Part shown: piece after piece, positions 7,506 to 15,090 of the stretch
Numbering within the stretch: position 1 is the stretch's first letter
How the letters are laid out: each line of letters opens with the position of its first letter
NCBI GenBank assembly: GCA_963169235.1
Contig: CAUJCX010000024.1
Location: forward strand, 76,122 to 100,121
DNA length: 24,000 nucleotides
Origin: Actinomycetota bacterium
GTDB lineage: Bacteria > Actinomycetota > Thermoleophilia > Miltoncostaeales > Miltoncostaeaceae
Reading direction: 5' to 3'
Translations under genes and position numbers: made by a program
Notes under the pieces: model-generated
The model's input: only the letters and a program-made list of their open reading frames with translations
Told to the model about the DNA's origin: nothing
The model's database searches: none

Positions 7506-9110
7506 ATGCCCGCAGTTGATCTCTTCGTCAGCCCCCTGGGACGCGTCGAAGGCGACCTCGATGTACGCGTGACCATCGAGGACGGTCACGTCACGTCGGC
7601 CTGGACCGAGGCCGCCATGTTCCGCGGCTTCGAGATCATCCTCCAGGGCAAGGACCCCCAGGCGGGCCTCATCGTCACCCCCCGCATCTGCGGCATCTGC
7701 GGCGGCAGCCACCTGTACAAGGCCTGCTACGCGCTGGACACCGCGTGGAATACCCACGTGCCGCCCAACGGCACGCTGGTGCGCAACATCGCGCAGGCGT
7801 GCGAGACGCTGCAGTCGATCCCCCGCTACTTCTACGCGCTGTTCGCCATCGACCTGGTGAACAAGAACTACGCGTCGTCGTCCATGTACGACGAGGCCGT
7901 GCGCCGCTTCGCCCCGTACGTGGGCACGTCGTACCAGCCGGGCGTCGTGCTCTCGAACAAGCCGGTGGAGGTCTACGCGATCTTCGGCGGCCAGTGGCCG
8001 CACAGCTCGTTCATGATCCCCGGCGGCGTCATGTCGGCGCCCACGCTGGCCGACGTCACCCGCGCCACCGCCATCCTCGAGCACTGGAAGGACAACTGGC
8101 TCGAGAAGCACTGGCTGGGGTGCTCGGTCGACCGCTGGCTCGAGATCCGCTCGTGGGACGACATGCTGGCGTGGGTCGACGAGAACGAGTCCCAGCACAA
8201 CTCCGACTGCGGCTTCTTCATCCGCTACGCGCAGGAGATCGGCCTCGACAAGTACGGGGTGGGCCCCGGCAACTACCTCGCGACGGGCACGTACTTCGAG
8301 CCCAGCCGGTACGAGAACCCCACCATCGACGGCCGCAACGACGCGCTCATCGGGCGCTCGGGCGTGTACGCCAACGGCGAGTTCTCCGAGTTCGACCACA
8401 TGAAGGTGGCCGAGTCGGTGGAGCACGCCTTCTACCAGGGCTCCGGCCTGCTGCACCCGTGGGTGGGCGAGACGAACCCCGTCGACCCCCTGGAGGGGCG
8501 CAAGAACGGCAAGTACTCGTGGGCCAAGGCGCCGCGCTACGACCTGGGCGGCCAGTACATCCCGCTCGAGACCGGCCCGCTGGCCCGCCGCGTGGCGGCC
8601 GGGGCCCCGGGCGCGGCCGACTTCCAGGACGACGACCCGCTGTTCATGGACATGCTCGAGCGCATCGGGCCGTCCGTCTTCACCCGCCAGATGGCCCGCA
8701 TGCACGAGGCCCCGAAGTACTTCCGCTGGGTGATGGACTGGCTGTCGCAGATCGACCTGCACGAGTCGTTCTACACGAAGCCCGTCGAGGCGCCGGCGGG
8801 CAAGGGCTTCGGCGCCACCGAGGCCGCCCGCGGCGCGCTGGCCGACTGGATCGTGCTGGACGACGGCAAGATCGAGAACTACCAGGTGATCACGCCGACG
8901 GCGTGGAACATCGGGCCGCGCGACGCCGACGGCACGCTGGGACCCATGGAGCAGGCCCTCGTGGGCGCGCCCATCGCCGACATGGACGATCCGGTCGAGC
9001 TTGGCCACGTGGCCCGCTCGTTCGACTCGTGCCTGGTGTGCACGGTGCACGCGTACGACGGCAAGTCGGGGCGCGAGCTGAGCAAGTTCGTGGTCAACGG
9101 GATGGTGTAG
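7506..9110 (+). CDS. hucL: [NiFe]-hydrogenase large (catalytic) subunit
   Basis: The N-terminal Ni-Fe ligand motif is TPRICGICGGSH. The C-terminal motif is SFDSCLVCTVH, followed by a 19-aa tail (AYDGKSGRELSKFVVNGMV) of the kind removed by the maturation protease. Length is 534 aa. Confidence 0.95.
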   Translation: MPAVDLFVSPLGRVEGDLDVRVTIEDGHVTSAWTEAAMFRGFEIILQGKDPQAGLIVTPRICGICGGSHLYKACYALDTAWNTHVPPNGTLVRNIAQACETLQSIPRYFYALFAIDLVNKNYASSSMYDEAVRRFAPYVGTSYQPGVVLSNKPVEVYAIFGGQWPHSSFMIPGGVMSAPTLADVTRATAILEHWKDNWLEKHWLGCSVDRWLEIRSWDDMLAWVDENESQHNSDCGFFIRYAQEIGLDKYGVGPGNYLATGTYFEPSRYENPTIDGRNDALIGRSGVYANGEFSEFDHMKVAESVEHAFYQGSGLLHPWVGETNPVDPLEGRKNGKYSWAKAPRYDLGGQYIPLETGPLARRVAAGAPGAADFQDDDPLFMDMLERIGPSVFTRQMARMHEAPKYFRWVMDWLSQIDLHESFYTKPVEAPAGKGFGATEAARGALADWIVLDDGKIENYQVITPTAWNIGPRDADGTLGPMEQALVGAPIADMDDPVELGHVARSFDSCLVCTVHAYDGKSGRELSKFVVNGMV

Positions 9111-9172
9111 GTGCGGCCCGGGCGACGACCATCACGAGGCGCCCTCCGCCGCGCCGCGGCCGGGGGCGACCG

Positions 9173-9700
9173 GTGACGACGTCCCGGCCCGCCCCCCACG
9201 AACTCCTCGACGACGGCCACGCCCCGCCCCCGTGCGATCTGCTGGTGATCGGCTGCGGCAACCTGCTGCGAGGCGACGACGGCGTCGGGCCCATCGCCAT
9301 CCGCACGCTGTGGCAGCGCGGCGTGCCGGACGGCGTCCGCCTGGCCGATGGCGGCACCGCCGGCATGGACGTCGCGTTCCAGATGCAGGGCGCCCGGCGG
9401 GTCATCATCATCGACGCGGCGCAGACCGGCACCGCCCCGGGGACGCTGTTCAAGGTGCCCGGCAGCGAGCTGGAGGAGCTGCCCCCGGTGGACGGCATCC
9501 ACTCGCACAGCTTCCGGTGGGATCACGCGCTGGCGTTCGGCCGCTGGCTGCTGGGCCCGTCGATGCCGACGGACGTGACGGTGCTGCTGATCGAGGCGGC
9601 CAGCATCGAGGCCGGGGCGCCGCTGTCCGCACCCGCGCGGACGGGGATGGAGCGCGCCGTCGCGCTCGTCGAGGACGCCTACCGTGTGTCGGCGGCGTGA
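9173..9700 (+). CDS. Hydrogenase maturation endopeptidase (HyaD/HybD/HupD family)
   Basis: Family motifs are LLVIGCGNLLRGDDGVGP, DGGTAGMD, RVIIIDAAQ and IHSHS. It occupies the last third of a 651-aa track ORF whose upstream part is antiphase junk over hucL. GTG at 9173 is the only in-frame start upstream of the conserved GCGN block. Confidence 0.85.
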   Translation: MTTSRPAPHELLDDGHAPPPCDLLVIGCGNLLRGDDGVGPIAIRTLWQRGVPDGVRLADGGTAGMDVAFQMQGARRVIIIDAAQTGTAPGTLFKVPGSELEELPPVDGIHSHSFRWDHALAFGRWLLGPSMPTDVTVLLIEAASIEAGAPLSAPARTGMERAVALVEDAYRVSAA

Positions 9701-10203
9701 CCGGCGACGCGCTGGACATCACGTGGGACGGCTACCTGCACGTGTCGGCCGAGCAGGCCGCACGCTGGTTCCCCGAGGACGTCTGCGTGGCCCACGTGGC
9801 GGGCCACACGCTGGTGCTGACGCCGCTGGCCGGCCGCGCCAACGGCGGGTTGATGTTCAAGGTGCGCAACGCCCACGGCGACCGGTCGCTGCTGGTCAAC
9901 GAGGCGCTCGGGTTCCGCAGCCACCAGGGCCGCTTCCCCGCGCGCTGGGACGCGCAGCGGGCGGCCCTCCTCGTCGACCTCGACCGGGAGATCCGTGATG
10001 TCCCGGCTGCTGAGGACGGCGGTGCGGAACGAGCACGGCCAGTGGATCGTGGAGATGGTGCTGCTGGACGAGCACGGGGCGGAGCGACGGCGCGTGAGCG
10101 CGTACCGCACCCAGGCGCTCGCGCAGGTGGCGGCGGCGAGCATCGAACGGGCCGCGTCACGGCGACAGCGGCCGGCACCCGACGAGGAGATCCCGACGCA
10201 TGA
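9697..10203 (+). CDS. Hydrogenase-cluster protein of unknown function; true 3' end uncertain
   Basis: GTG at 9697 overlaps the protease stop (GTGA). The sequence VTGDALDITWDGYLHVSAEQAARWFPEDVCVAHVAGHTLVLTPLAGRANGGLMFKVRNAHGDRSLLVNEALGF... has good GC3 up to about 9993. After that the frame continues without a stop to TGA at 10201-10203, but with poor codon usage and an Arg/Gly-rich product. Confidence 0.5.
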   Translation: MTGDALDITWDGYLHVSAEQAARWFPEDVCVAHVAGHTLVLTPLAGRANGGLMFKVRNAHGDRSLLVNEALGFRSHQGRFPARWDAQRAALLVDLDREIRDVPAAEDGGAERARPVDRGDGAAGRARGGATARERVPHPGARAGGGGEHRTGRVTATAAGTRRGDPDA

Positions 10204-10213
10204 CGGCGAGTAG
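9995..10213 (+). CDS. Small hydrogenase-cluster protein of unknown function (about 71 aa)
   Basis: GGGAG (9986-9990) precedes GTG at 9995 and ATG at 9998. The sequence MSRLLRTAVRNEHGQWIVEMVLLDEHGAERRRVSAYRTQALAQVAAASIERAA... has very high GC3 (by my hand count, about 6 of 72 codons end in A/T). It lies in a different frame from 9697-10203. Confidence 0.6.
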   Translation: MMSRLLRTAVRNEHGQWIVEMVLLDEHGAERRRVSAYRTQALAQVAAASIERAASRRQRPAPDEEIPTHDGE

Positions 10214-11513
10214 CTGGGCGACGCTGCCCCACCCCCAGCCCCTCGGGGCGTTCCCCGTACCGGCGGGCCTGATGCTGGTACCCGCCGACGCCGACCTGGG
10301 CGCCGTGACGGCGCTGGCCGCCGGGCGTCTTCCCGACGCGTGGCCGGGGTCGCTGGAGGCCCACCGCCGCGCGTTCGCCGGTGACCTGGCGGGCGCCCTC
10401 GAGGAGCTTCCCCGCGACGACCCGGTGGGCCGCTACAACCGCTGGCTGATCGATCCCGACGGCGACGACGCCGACGAGGTGGCGCGCGGGCTGCCCGCTC
10501 CGTACCGCCCGCTTGTAGACGTGGTGCGGTACGCGTCCGGGGCCGGCGACACGCTGCCGGTCGCCGACGACGACACCAACCCGGTGGTGGCCGCGCTGAT
10601 CACCGCCACGCGCGCCACCGTGCTGCTGGAGGCCGGCGACGCCGAGGGCGCCGCCGAGCTGGTGGAGCAGGCCGCGACGTCGGTGGCCGACGTGCCGGTG
10701 CTGCACGCGGTGCTGATCGCCAACGCCGGCTCGATCCTGCACGAGCACGACCTCGACCCCGAGCGGGCCCGCTCCCACCTCACCGGCGCGGCCACCGCGC
10801 TGGCCGAGACCGACCTGACGCTGCACCGCGCCGAGATCCACTACGCGCTGGGGCAGATCGAGCACGAGCGCGCCGCGCGGGGCGGGGCGCCCCTGCAGGG
10901 CGCGATGCACCACTACTACACCGCCGTGCAGCTCATCGACGAGACGACGGCCCCGGAGCTGTGGGCGTCGACCCAGATGAGCCTGGCCGCCGCGCACCTG
11001 TCGTCGCCCATGACCCTCGCGTCGGACGGGCTGCGGGCGGGCGTCGCGGTGCAGGCGCTGCGCGCCGCGCTGCAGGTGTTCACGCGCGAGCGGTACCCCG
11101 CGCAGTGGGCGGCGGCGTCGCTGAACCTCGCCAACGCGCTCGTGTACGCCCCGTCGGTGAAGCAGGGCGACAACCTGGTGGAGGCGGTGGAGCTGTATGA
11201 GGAGGTGCTGGAGGTACGCGACCGCGACACCGACCCCATCGGGCGGGCGCGCACGCTGACCAACCTCGGCAACGCCCTGGCGCACCTGGGCATCTTCGAC
11301 CACGCGAAGGCGCGTCTGGTGGAGGCCCGCTACCTGTTCGACGAGCAGCTCGACAGCGACGGTGTGATGACCGTGCGCGGCCTGCTGGACGAGATCGTCA
11401 AGCACACGATGCCCGAGGACGGCCGCGACGGCTCCGGCCGGGCGGTGATGGGCGGCATGGACGGCGGCACCCGCGAGGTGCTGGCGGGCCGCCCCGAGAC
11501 GGACGAGGCCTAG
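10200..11513 (+). CDS. TPR-like helical-repeat protein, hydrogenase-cluster associated
   Basis: Repeated antiparallel-helix signatures include AEIHYALGQIEHERA, AMHHYYTAVQLI, AVQALRAALQVFTRERYPAQWAAASLNLANALVY, AVELYEEVLEVRDRDTDPIGRARTLTNLGNALAHLG and AKARLVEARYLFDEQ. GC3 is high from the ATG at 10200, and GAGGAG lies upstream. Confidence 0.7.
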   Translation: MTASSWATLPHPQPLGAFPVPAGLMLVPADADLGAVTALAAGRLPDAWPGSLEAHRRAFAGDLAGALEELPRDDPVGRYNRWLIDPDGDDADEVARGLPAPYRPLVDVVRYASGAGDTLPVADDDTNPVVAALITATRATVLLEAGDAEGAAELVEQAATSVADVPVLHAVLIANAGSILHEHDLDPERARSHLTGAATALAETDLTLHRAEIHYALGQIEHERAARGGAPLQGAMHHYYTAVQLIDETTAPELWASTQMSLAAAHLSSPMTLASDGLRAGVAVQALRAALQVFTRERYPAQWAAASLNLANALVYAPSVKQGDNLVEAVELYEEVLEVRDRDTDPIGRARTLTNLGNALAHLGIFDHAKARLVEARYLFDEQLDSDGVMTVRGLLDEIVKHTMPEDGRDGSGRAVMGGMDGGTREVLAGRPETDEA

Positions 11514-11516
11514 ACC

Positions 11517-11879
11517 GTGGATCTGCACGAGCGTCAGCGGTTCGAGGTGCTGCTGGGGGACGCCGGCGAGGCGTTCATCGAGCGCATCGTGCAGCGCTGC
11601 GCGGGCCAGGAAAACGCGCTGGCCGCGCTGCAGTCCGACCGCAACGCCGAGGGCGTCTGGCTCGACGACTTCGTCGCCGCGCTGTTCGCCGACCAGTGCC
11701 TCGACAACGCCGACGGCGCGGCCTTCGTGCTGAGGGCGCTCGAGCGCCGTCCCGCCGGACCCGCGGTGGAGGCGGCCACGGTCGGCGAGCTGCTGGTCGC
11801 CCACGCGAAGCACGCGTTCGCCGACCTGCTGTACCGCAAGGTGGTGGAGTCGATGGAAAGGGCGAGCGTCTATGGCTGA
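11517..11879 (+). CDS. Small acidic protein of unknown function (120 aa), hydrogenase-cluster associated
   Basis: GTG at 11517 lies 3 nt after the TPR gene stop. Codon bias is good. The 3' end overlaps the next ATG (11872) by 8 nt. I recognise no motif. Confidence 0.6.
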   Translation: MDLHERQRFEVLLGDAGEAFIERIVQRCAGQENALAALQSDRNAEGVWLDDFVAALFADQCLDNADGAAFVLRALERRPAGPAVEAATVGELLVAHAKHAFADLLYRKVVESMERASVYG

Positions 11880-12768
11880 CGTGGCGACGACCACCGCGGC
11901 GGACGCGGGGCGGCTGGAGGCGCTGGCCGAGCGCCTGGACGAGGCGATGGCGCGCCGGGCCGAGCTGGACCCGCTGCCGCGTCAGGTGCTCAACGACGCG
12001 CTGGAGGCGCACGGCGAGCTGCATCGCGACGCCCTCACCACCATCGTCACGACGCTACGCGCCGACCCGCGCGGCAAGGAGCTTTTGTTCGCCCTCGTCG
12101 ACGACCCCGCCGTGCACATGGTGCTGGCGATGCACGGCATCATCCGCACGGCCGACCCCCATGCGCTGGCCGAGAAGGCCCTGGAGGGGGTGCGCCCGGG
12201 CATCGCGTCCCACGGGGGCGACGTGAAGCTGGTGAAGGTGGAGGACGGCATCGCGTTCGTGCAGCTGGAGGGCGCGTGCAACGGCTGCTCGATGGCCGCC
12301 GTGACCATGCGCAACGGGGTCGAGAAGGCGCTGGTGGAGAGCGTCCCGGGCATCCGCTCGGTGGAGGTGGTGCCCAACCCGCCGCCCGGTACGGAGGCCG
12401 GCGCCACCGGTCACGCGGCCGACGCCCCGCCCGAGGGCACCGGATGGTGCCGCACGTTCCCGCTCGAGCGCTTCGGCGTCGGGACGCTGGAGGCGATGTC
12501 GCTGACGCCCGAGAACGGGCCCGCGGTGGAGGCCATCGTGGTGAACACCGGCGGTCAGCTGGCGGCGTACGTCAACTCGTGTGCGCACCAGGGGATGCCG
12601 CTCGACAACGCCATCGTCGACGCCGACGCGTGCACGCTGACGTGCCCGTGGCACGGGTGGTCGTACGACTCCACCAACGGGGAGTGCCTCACGGCGCCGG
12701 GGGCGCAGCTCGAGCCGCTGCCCCTGCGCATCGCCGAGGGCCACGTGTGGGTGCGGGCCGGGACGTGA
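11872..12768 (+). CDS. hucE: NifU-like plus Rieske [2Fe-2S] fusion protein (HucE-like putative hydrogenase redox partner or maturation factor)
   Basis: The central NifU C-terminal-type domain is GGDVKLVKVEDGIAFVQLEGACNGCSMAAVTMRNGVEKALVESVPGIRSVEVV. The C-terminal Rieske motifs are CAHQGMPL and CPWHGWSY. This matches the architecture I recall for mycobacterial HucE. Confidence 0.85.
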   Translation: MADVATTTAADAGRLEALAERLDEAMARRAELDPLPRQVLNDALEAHGELHRDALTTIVTTLRADPRGKELLFALVDDPAVHMVLAMHGIIRTADPHALAEKALEGVRPGIASHGGDVKLVKVEDGIAFVQLEGACNGCSMAAVTMRNGVEKALVESVPGIRSVEVVPNPPPGTEAGATGHAADAPPEGTGWCRTFPLERFGVGTLEAMSLTPENGPAVEAIVVNTGGQLAAYVNSCAHQGMPLDNAIVDADACTLTCPWHGWSYDSTNGECLTAPGAQLEPLPLRIAEGHVWVRAGT

Positions 12769-13958
12769 GCTCGTACCGCGTCACGTACGTCGACCCGGCC
12801 CAGCCGCTCGCGGCGCTGCCGCAGCCGGTCGACGACGGCGCGACGCCCGCGTGCTACGGGCCGTGGCGGCCCACGGTGGTGGTCGGCGCGCCCGCCCGCG
12901 GCGGCCTGTTGCTGCCCGACGCGCACCCGTCGCCGTCCACCGTGTACGCCCCGCGCGGCGTCGCCACCGACGGCACGCGCCTGGTGGTGAGCGACACGGG
13001 CAACCACCGGGTGATGATCTGGCACCGCACGCCACGCACCGACGGTGAGCCCGCCGACGTGGTGCTGGGACAGCCCGACTTCGTCACGGAGGGGCCCGCC
13101 GCCGGGGGCCGGGGGCCGGCCGCCGGCATGCACCTGCCCACCGGCGTGATGCTGCACGAGGGCCGCCTGGTGGTCGCCGACGCGTGGCATCACCGCCTCC
13201 TGGTGTGGGACTCGGTCCCCACCGAGTCGGACGTCCCGCCCGACCACGTGCTGTTGCAGGACACGCCCGCCGACGTGCTGCCCAACCGGGGCGCCGGCGC
13301 GACGGCGTCGTCGGCGTACTGGCCGTTCGGCATCGCGATGATCGACGGGCGTTTCTACGTCGCCGACACGGGCAACCGGCGGGTGCTGGCGTGGCGCGAC
13401 GGCCTGCCGCTGGACGGACGCCCCGCCGACGTGGTGCTGGGGCAGGTGGACGCGTTCCATCGCGACGAGAACCGCGGCGGGGACGTGGCCGCCGACTCGT
13501 TCCGCTGGCCGCACGCCGTGGTGCCTGGCCGCGGCGGCGTGCTGGTGTGCGACGCGGGCAACCATCGCCTCTTGTGGTGGAGCGAGCACCCGGACGCCGA
13601 CCGGCCGGCCGACGCGGTGCTGGGGCAGCCCGACTTCACGACCGGCACCGAGTTCCCGTACGTGTCGCAGGAGAACCGCCTGCGGTTCCCGTACGGCGCC
13701 GTGGGGGACGAGGGCGCGCTGGCCGTGGCCGACACCGCGAACAACCGCGTGCTGGTGTGGGACGAGACCCCCGTCGGCTGGCGTCCTCCCGACCACGTGC
13801 TGGCCCAGCCGGACGCCGTGCGTGCGGGCGAGAACCGCTGGTCGCAGGTGGCCCATGACACCCTGTGCTGGCCGTACGGCCTGGCGCGCCACGGCGACAC
13901 GCTGGCCGTGGCCGACTCGGGCAACAACCGCGTGGTGCTGTGGACGAGGGAGGGCTGA
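12765..13958 (+). CDS. NHL-repeat six-bladed beta-propeller protein
   Basis: GTG at 12765 overlaps the upstream TGA (GTGA). There are six repeats of the NHL type: DTGNHRVMIW, DAWHHRLLVWD, DTGNRRVLAW, DAGNHRLLWW, DTANNRVLVWD and DSGNNRVVLW. Each is preceded by a [AP]D[VH]VLGQPDF-like strand. The first 163 codons of the track ORF are antiphase junk. Confidence 0.85.
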   Translation: MSSYRVTYVDPAQPLAALPQPVDDGATPACYGPWRPTVVVGAPARGGLLLPDAHPSPSTVYAPRGVATDGTRLVVSDTGNHRVMIWHRTPRTDGEPADVVLGQPDFVTEGPAAGGRGPAAGMHLPTGVMLHEGRLVVADAWHHRLLVWDSVPTESDVPPDHVLLQDTPADVLPNRGAGATASSAYWPFGIAMIDGRFYVADTGNRRVLAWRDGLPLDGRPADVVLGQVDAFHRDENRGGDVAADSFRWPHAVVPGRGGVLVCDAGNHRLLWWSEHPDADRPADAVLGQPDFTTGTEFPYVSQENRLRFPYGAVGDEGALAVADTANNRVLVWDETPVGWRPPDHVLAQPDAVRAGENRWSQVAHDTLCWPYGLARHGDTLAVADSGNNRVVLWTREG

Positions 13959-13963
13959 CCGCG

Positions 13964-14206
13964 ATGTGCCTGGCGATACCCGGTGAGATCATGCGGCGCT
14001 GGACCGCCGACGACGGCGCGATCATGGCGGAGGCCGACTTCGCGGGCGAGCGCCGCGAGGTACGCCTCAACTACCTGCCCGACCTCGACGTGGGCGACCA
14101 CGTCATCGTGCACGCGGGCTTCGCCCTGACCCGCCTCGATCCCGAGGAAGCCGCCCGCACGACGCAGATGATGCGCGACTCGGGCCTCCTGGACTGCGAG
14201 GAGTGA
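13964..14206 (+). CDS. hypC: HypC/HupF-family hydrogenase maturation chaperone (copy 1)
   Basis: ATG at 13964 follows GAGGGAGGG (13946-13954). The canonical N-terminus MCLAIPGEI is present, as is the core VGDHVIVHAGFALTRLDPEEA. Length is 80 aa. Confidence 0.9.
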   Translation: MCLAIPGEIMRRWTADDGAIMAEADFAGERREVRLNYLPDLDVGDHVIVHAGFALTRLDPEEAARTTQMMRDSGLLDCEE

Positions 14207-14949
14207 CCCCGGCCGGGCACCGGCTGTTCGCGCGGTACGCGTACGCGCCGAACGCGCGCGGGTACTGCGGGCCGCGGGAGGGCGCGGTGCTCGAAGCCGT
14301 GGCGTGCGGCGCGGGGGACGACGTGGACGTGCCCGCGGTGGCGCGCCGGTTCAGCGGGGCGTGGCCGTACCAGGTGCTGATCGCCGAGCTGGCGGGCGTC
14401 GACGACCCGCTCGACGAGGCGGTGGGCCGGGCCTACTGGACCGGGAACGCGCTCACCGGCGAGGTGGACGCCGACGCGTTCGGTGCGCTGTTGCTGGAGC
14501 GCTTCGCCGGGCAGGCCGGGCACTACTGGCAGCACCTCACGCCCGACCTGCTCGCCGAGGCGACCCCCACCCACATCTTCCACGTGCTCGGCGTCTACCC
14601 GTGGACGCGCCTGCTGGCGCCGGGGCGTCCCGAGCCCCTGGAGGTGCTGGACGGCTGCCGCATCCGCCCCGCCGAGGTGGTGGCGGTGGAGGCCGGCGGG
14701 CTGCGGGTGCGCACGCGCACGCTGCGCTTCGAGGACGGACGCCTCGTGCTGGCCCCGCCCGCCGAGGAGACGGTGTCGACGGCCTCGTCGCACGGGTCGT
14801 TCACCGGTCCGCTGGCCCCCGGGGACGCCGTGGCCGTGCACTGGGGCCACGCGTGCGACGTGCTCACCACCGGGGACGTCGCCCACCTGGAACGCCTCAC
14901 CGACCGGCAGCTGGCGCTGACCAACGCGCGTCTGGCGCGGGAAGGCTGA
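14203..14949 (+). CDS. Conserved-looking protein of unknown function with a C-terminal HypC-like module
   Basis: GTG at 14203 overlaps the hypC stop (GTGA). The N-terminal half reads LFARYAYAPNARGYCGP...HYWQHLTPDL...HVLGVYPW. The C-terminal half (GCRIRPAEVVAV ... PGDAVAVHWGHACDVLT) parallels HypC (MCLAIPGEIM ... VGDHVIVHAGFALTRL). Confidence 0.7.
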   Translation: MTPAGHRLFARYAYAPNARGYCGPREGAVLEAVACGAGDDVDVPAVARRFSGAWPYQVLIAELAGVDDPLDEAVGRAYWTGNALTGEVDADAFGALLLERFAGQAGHYWQHLTPDLLAEATPTHIFHVLGVYPWTRLLAPGRPEPLEVLDGCRIRPAEVVAVEAGGLRVRTRTLRFEDGRLVLAPPAEETVSTASSHGSFTGPLAPGDAVAVHWGHACDVLTTGDVAHLERLTDRQLALTNARLAREG

Positions 14950-15090
14950 GCCGGGGCCCGTTCGGAGCGCGAGTACGGGCATCACGTGCACAGCGGCGTG
15001 CGGTGCGCGAGGATCGTCCGAGACCGCGCGCGGAGGCGTTCGGGAGCCTGATCGTGGTCCGGCACTGGCGCGAGGAGGGGGCGAGGCGGC

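Noticed and set aside
7386-9050. 554-aa minus-strand ORF antisense to the hydrogenase large subunit
   Set aside because: The product is Arg/Gly/Ala/Val-rich with no motifs, and codon third positions are not GC-biased. The opposite strand encodes an unmistakable large subunit. This is a stop-codon-poor artefact of high GC content.
9732-11894. 720-aa minus-strand ORF spanning the small unknowns and the TPR gene
   Set aside because: Low-complexity Arg/Gly/Pro/His-rich product. It is antisense to several plus-strand genes that have proper SDs, coupling overlaps and codon bias. Treated as a GC artefact.
14956-14980. Hairpin GCCCGT...ACGGGC after the stop at 14949
   Set aside because: A 6-bp stem with a 13-nt loop and no U-tract. 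It could be a weak terminator for the hydrogenase operon, but it cannot be told apart from chance in DNA this GC-rich.
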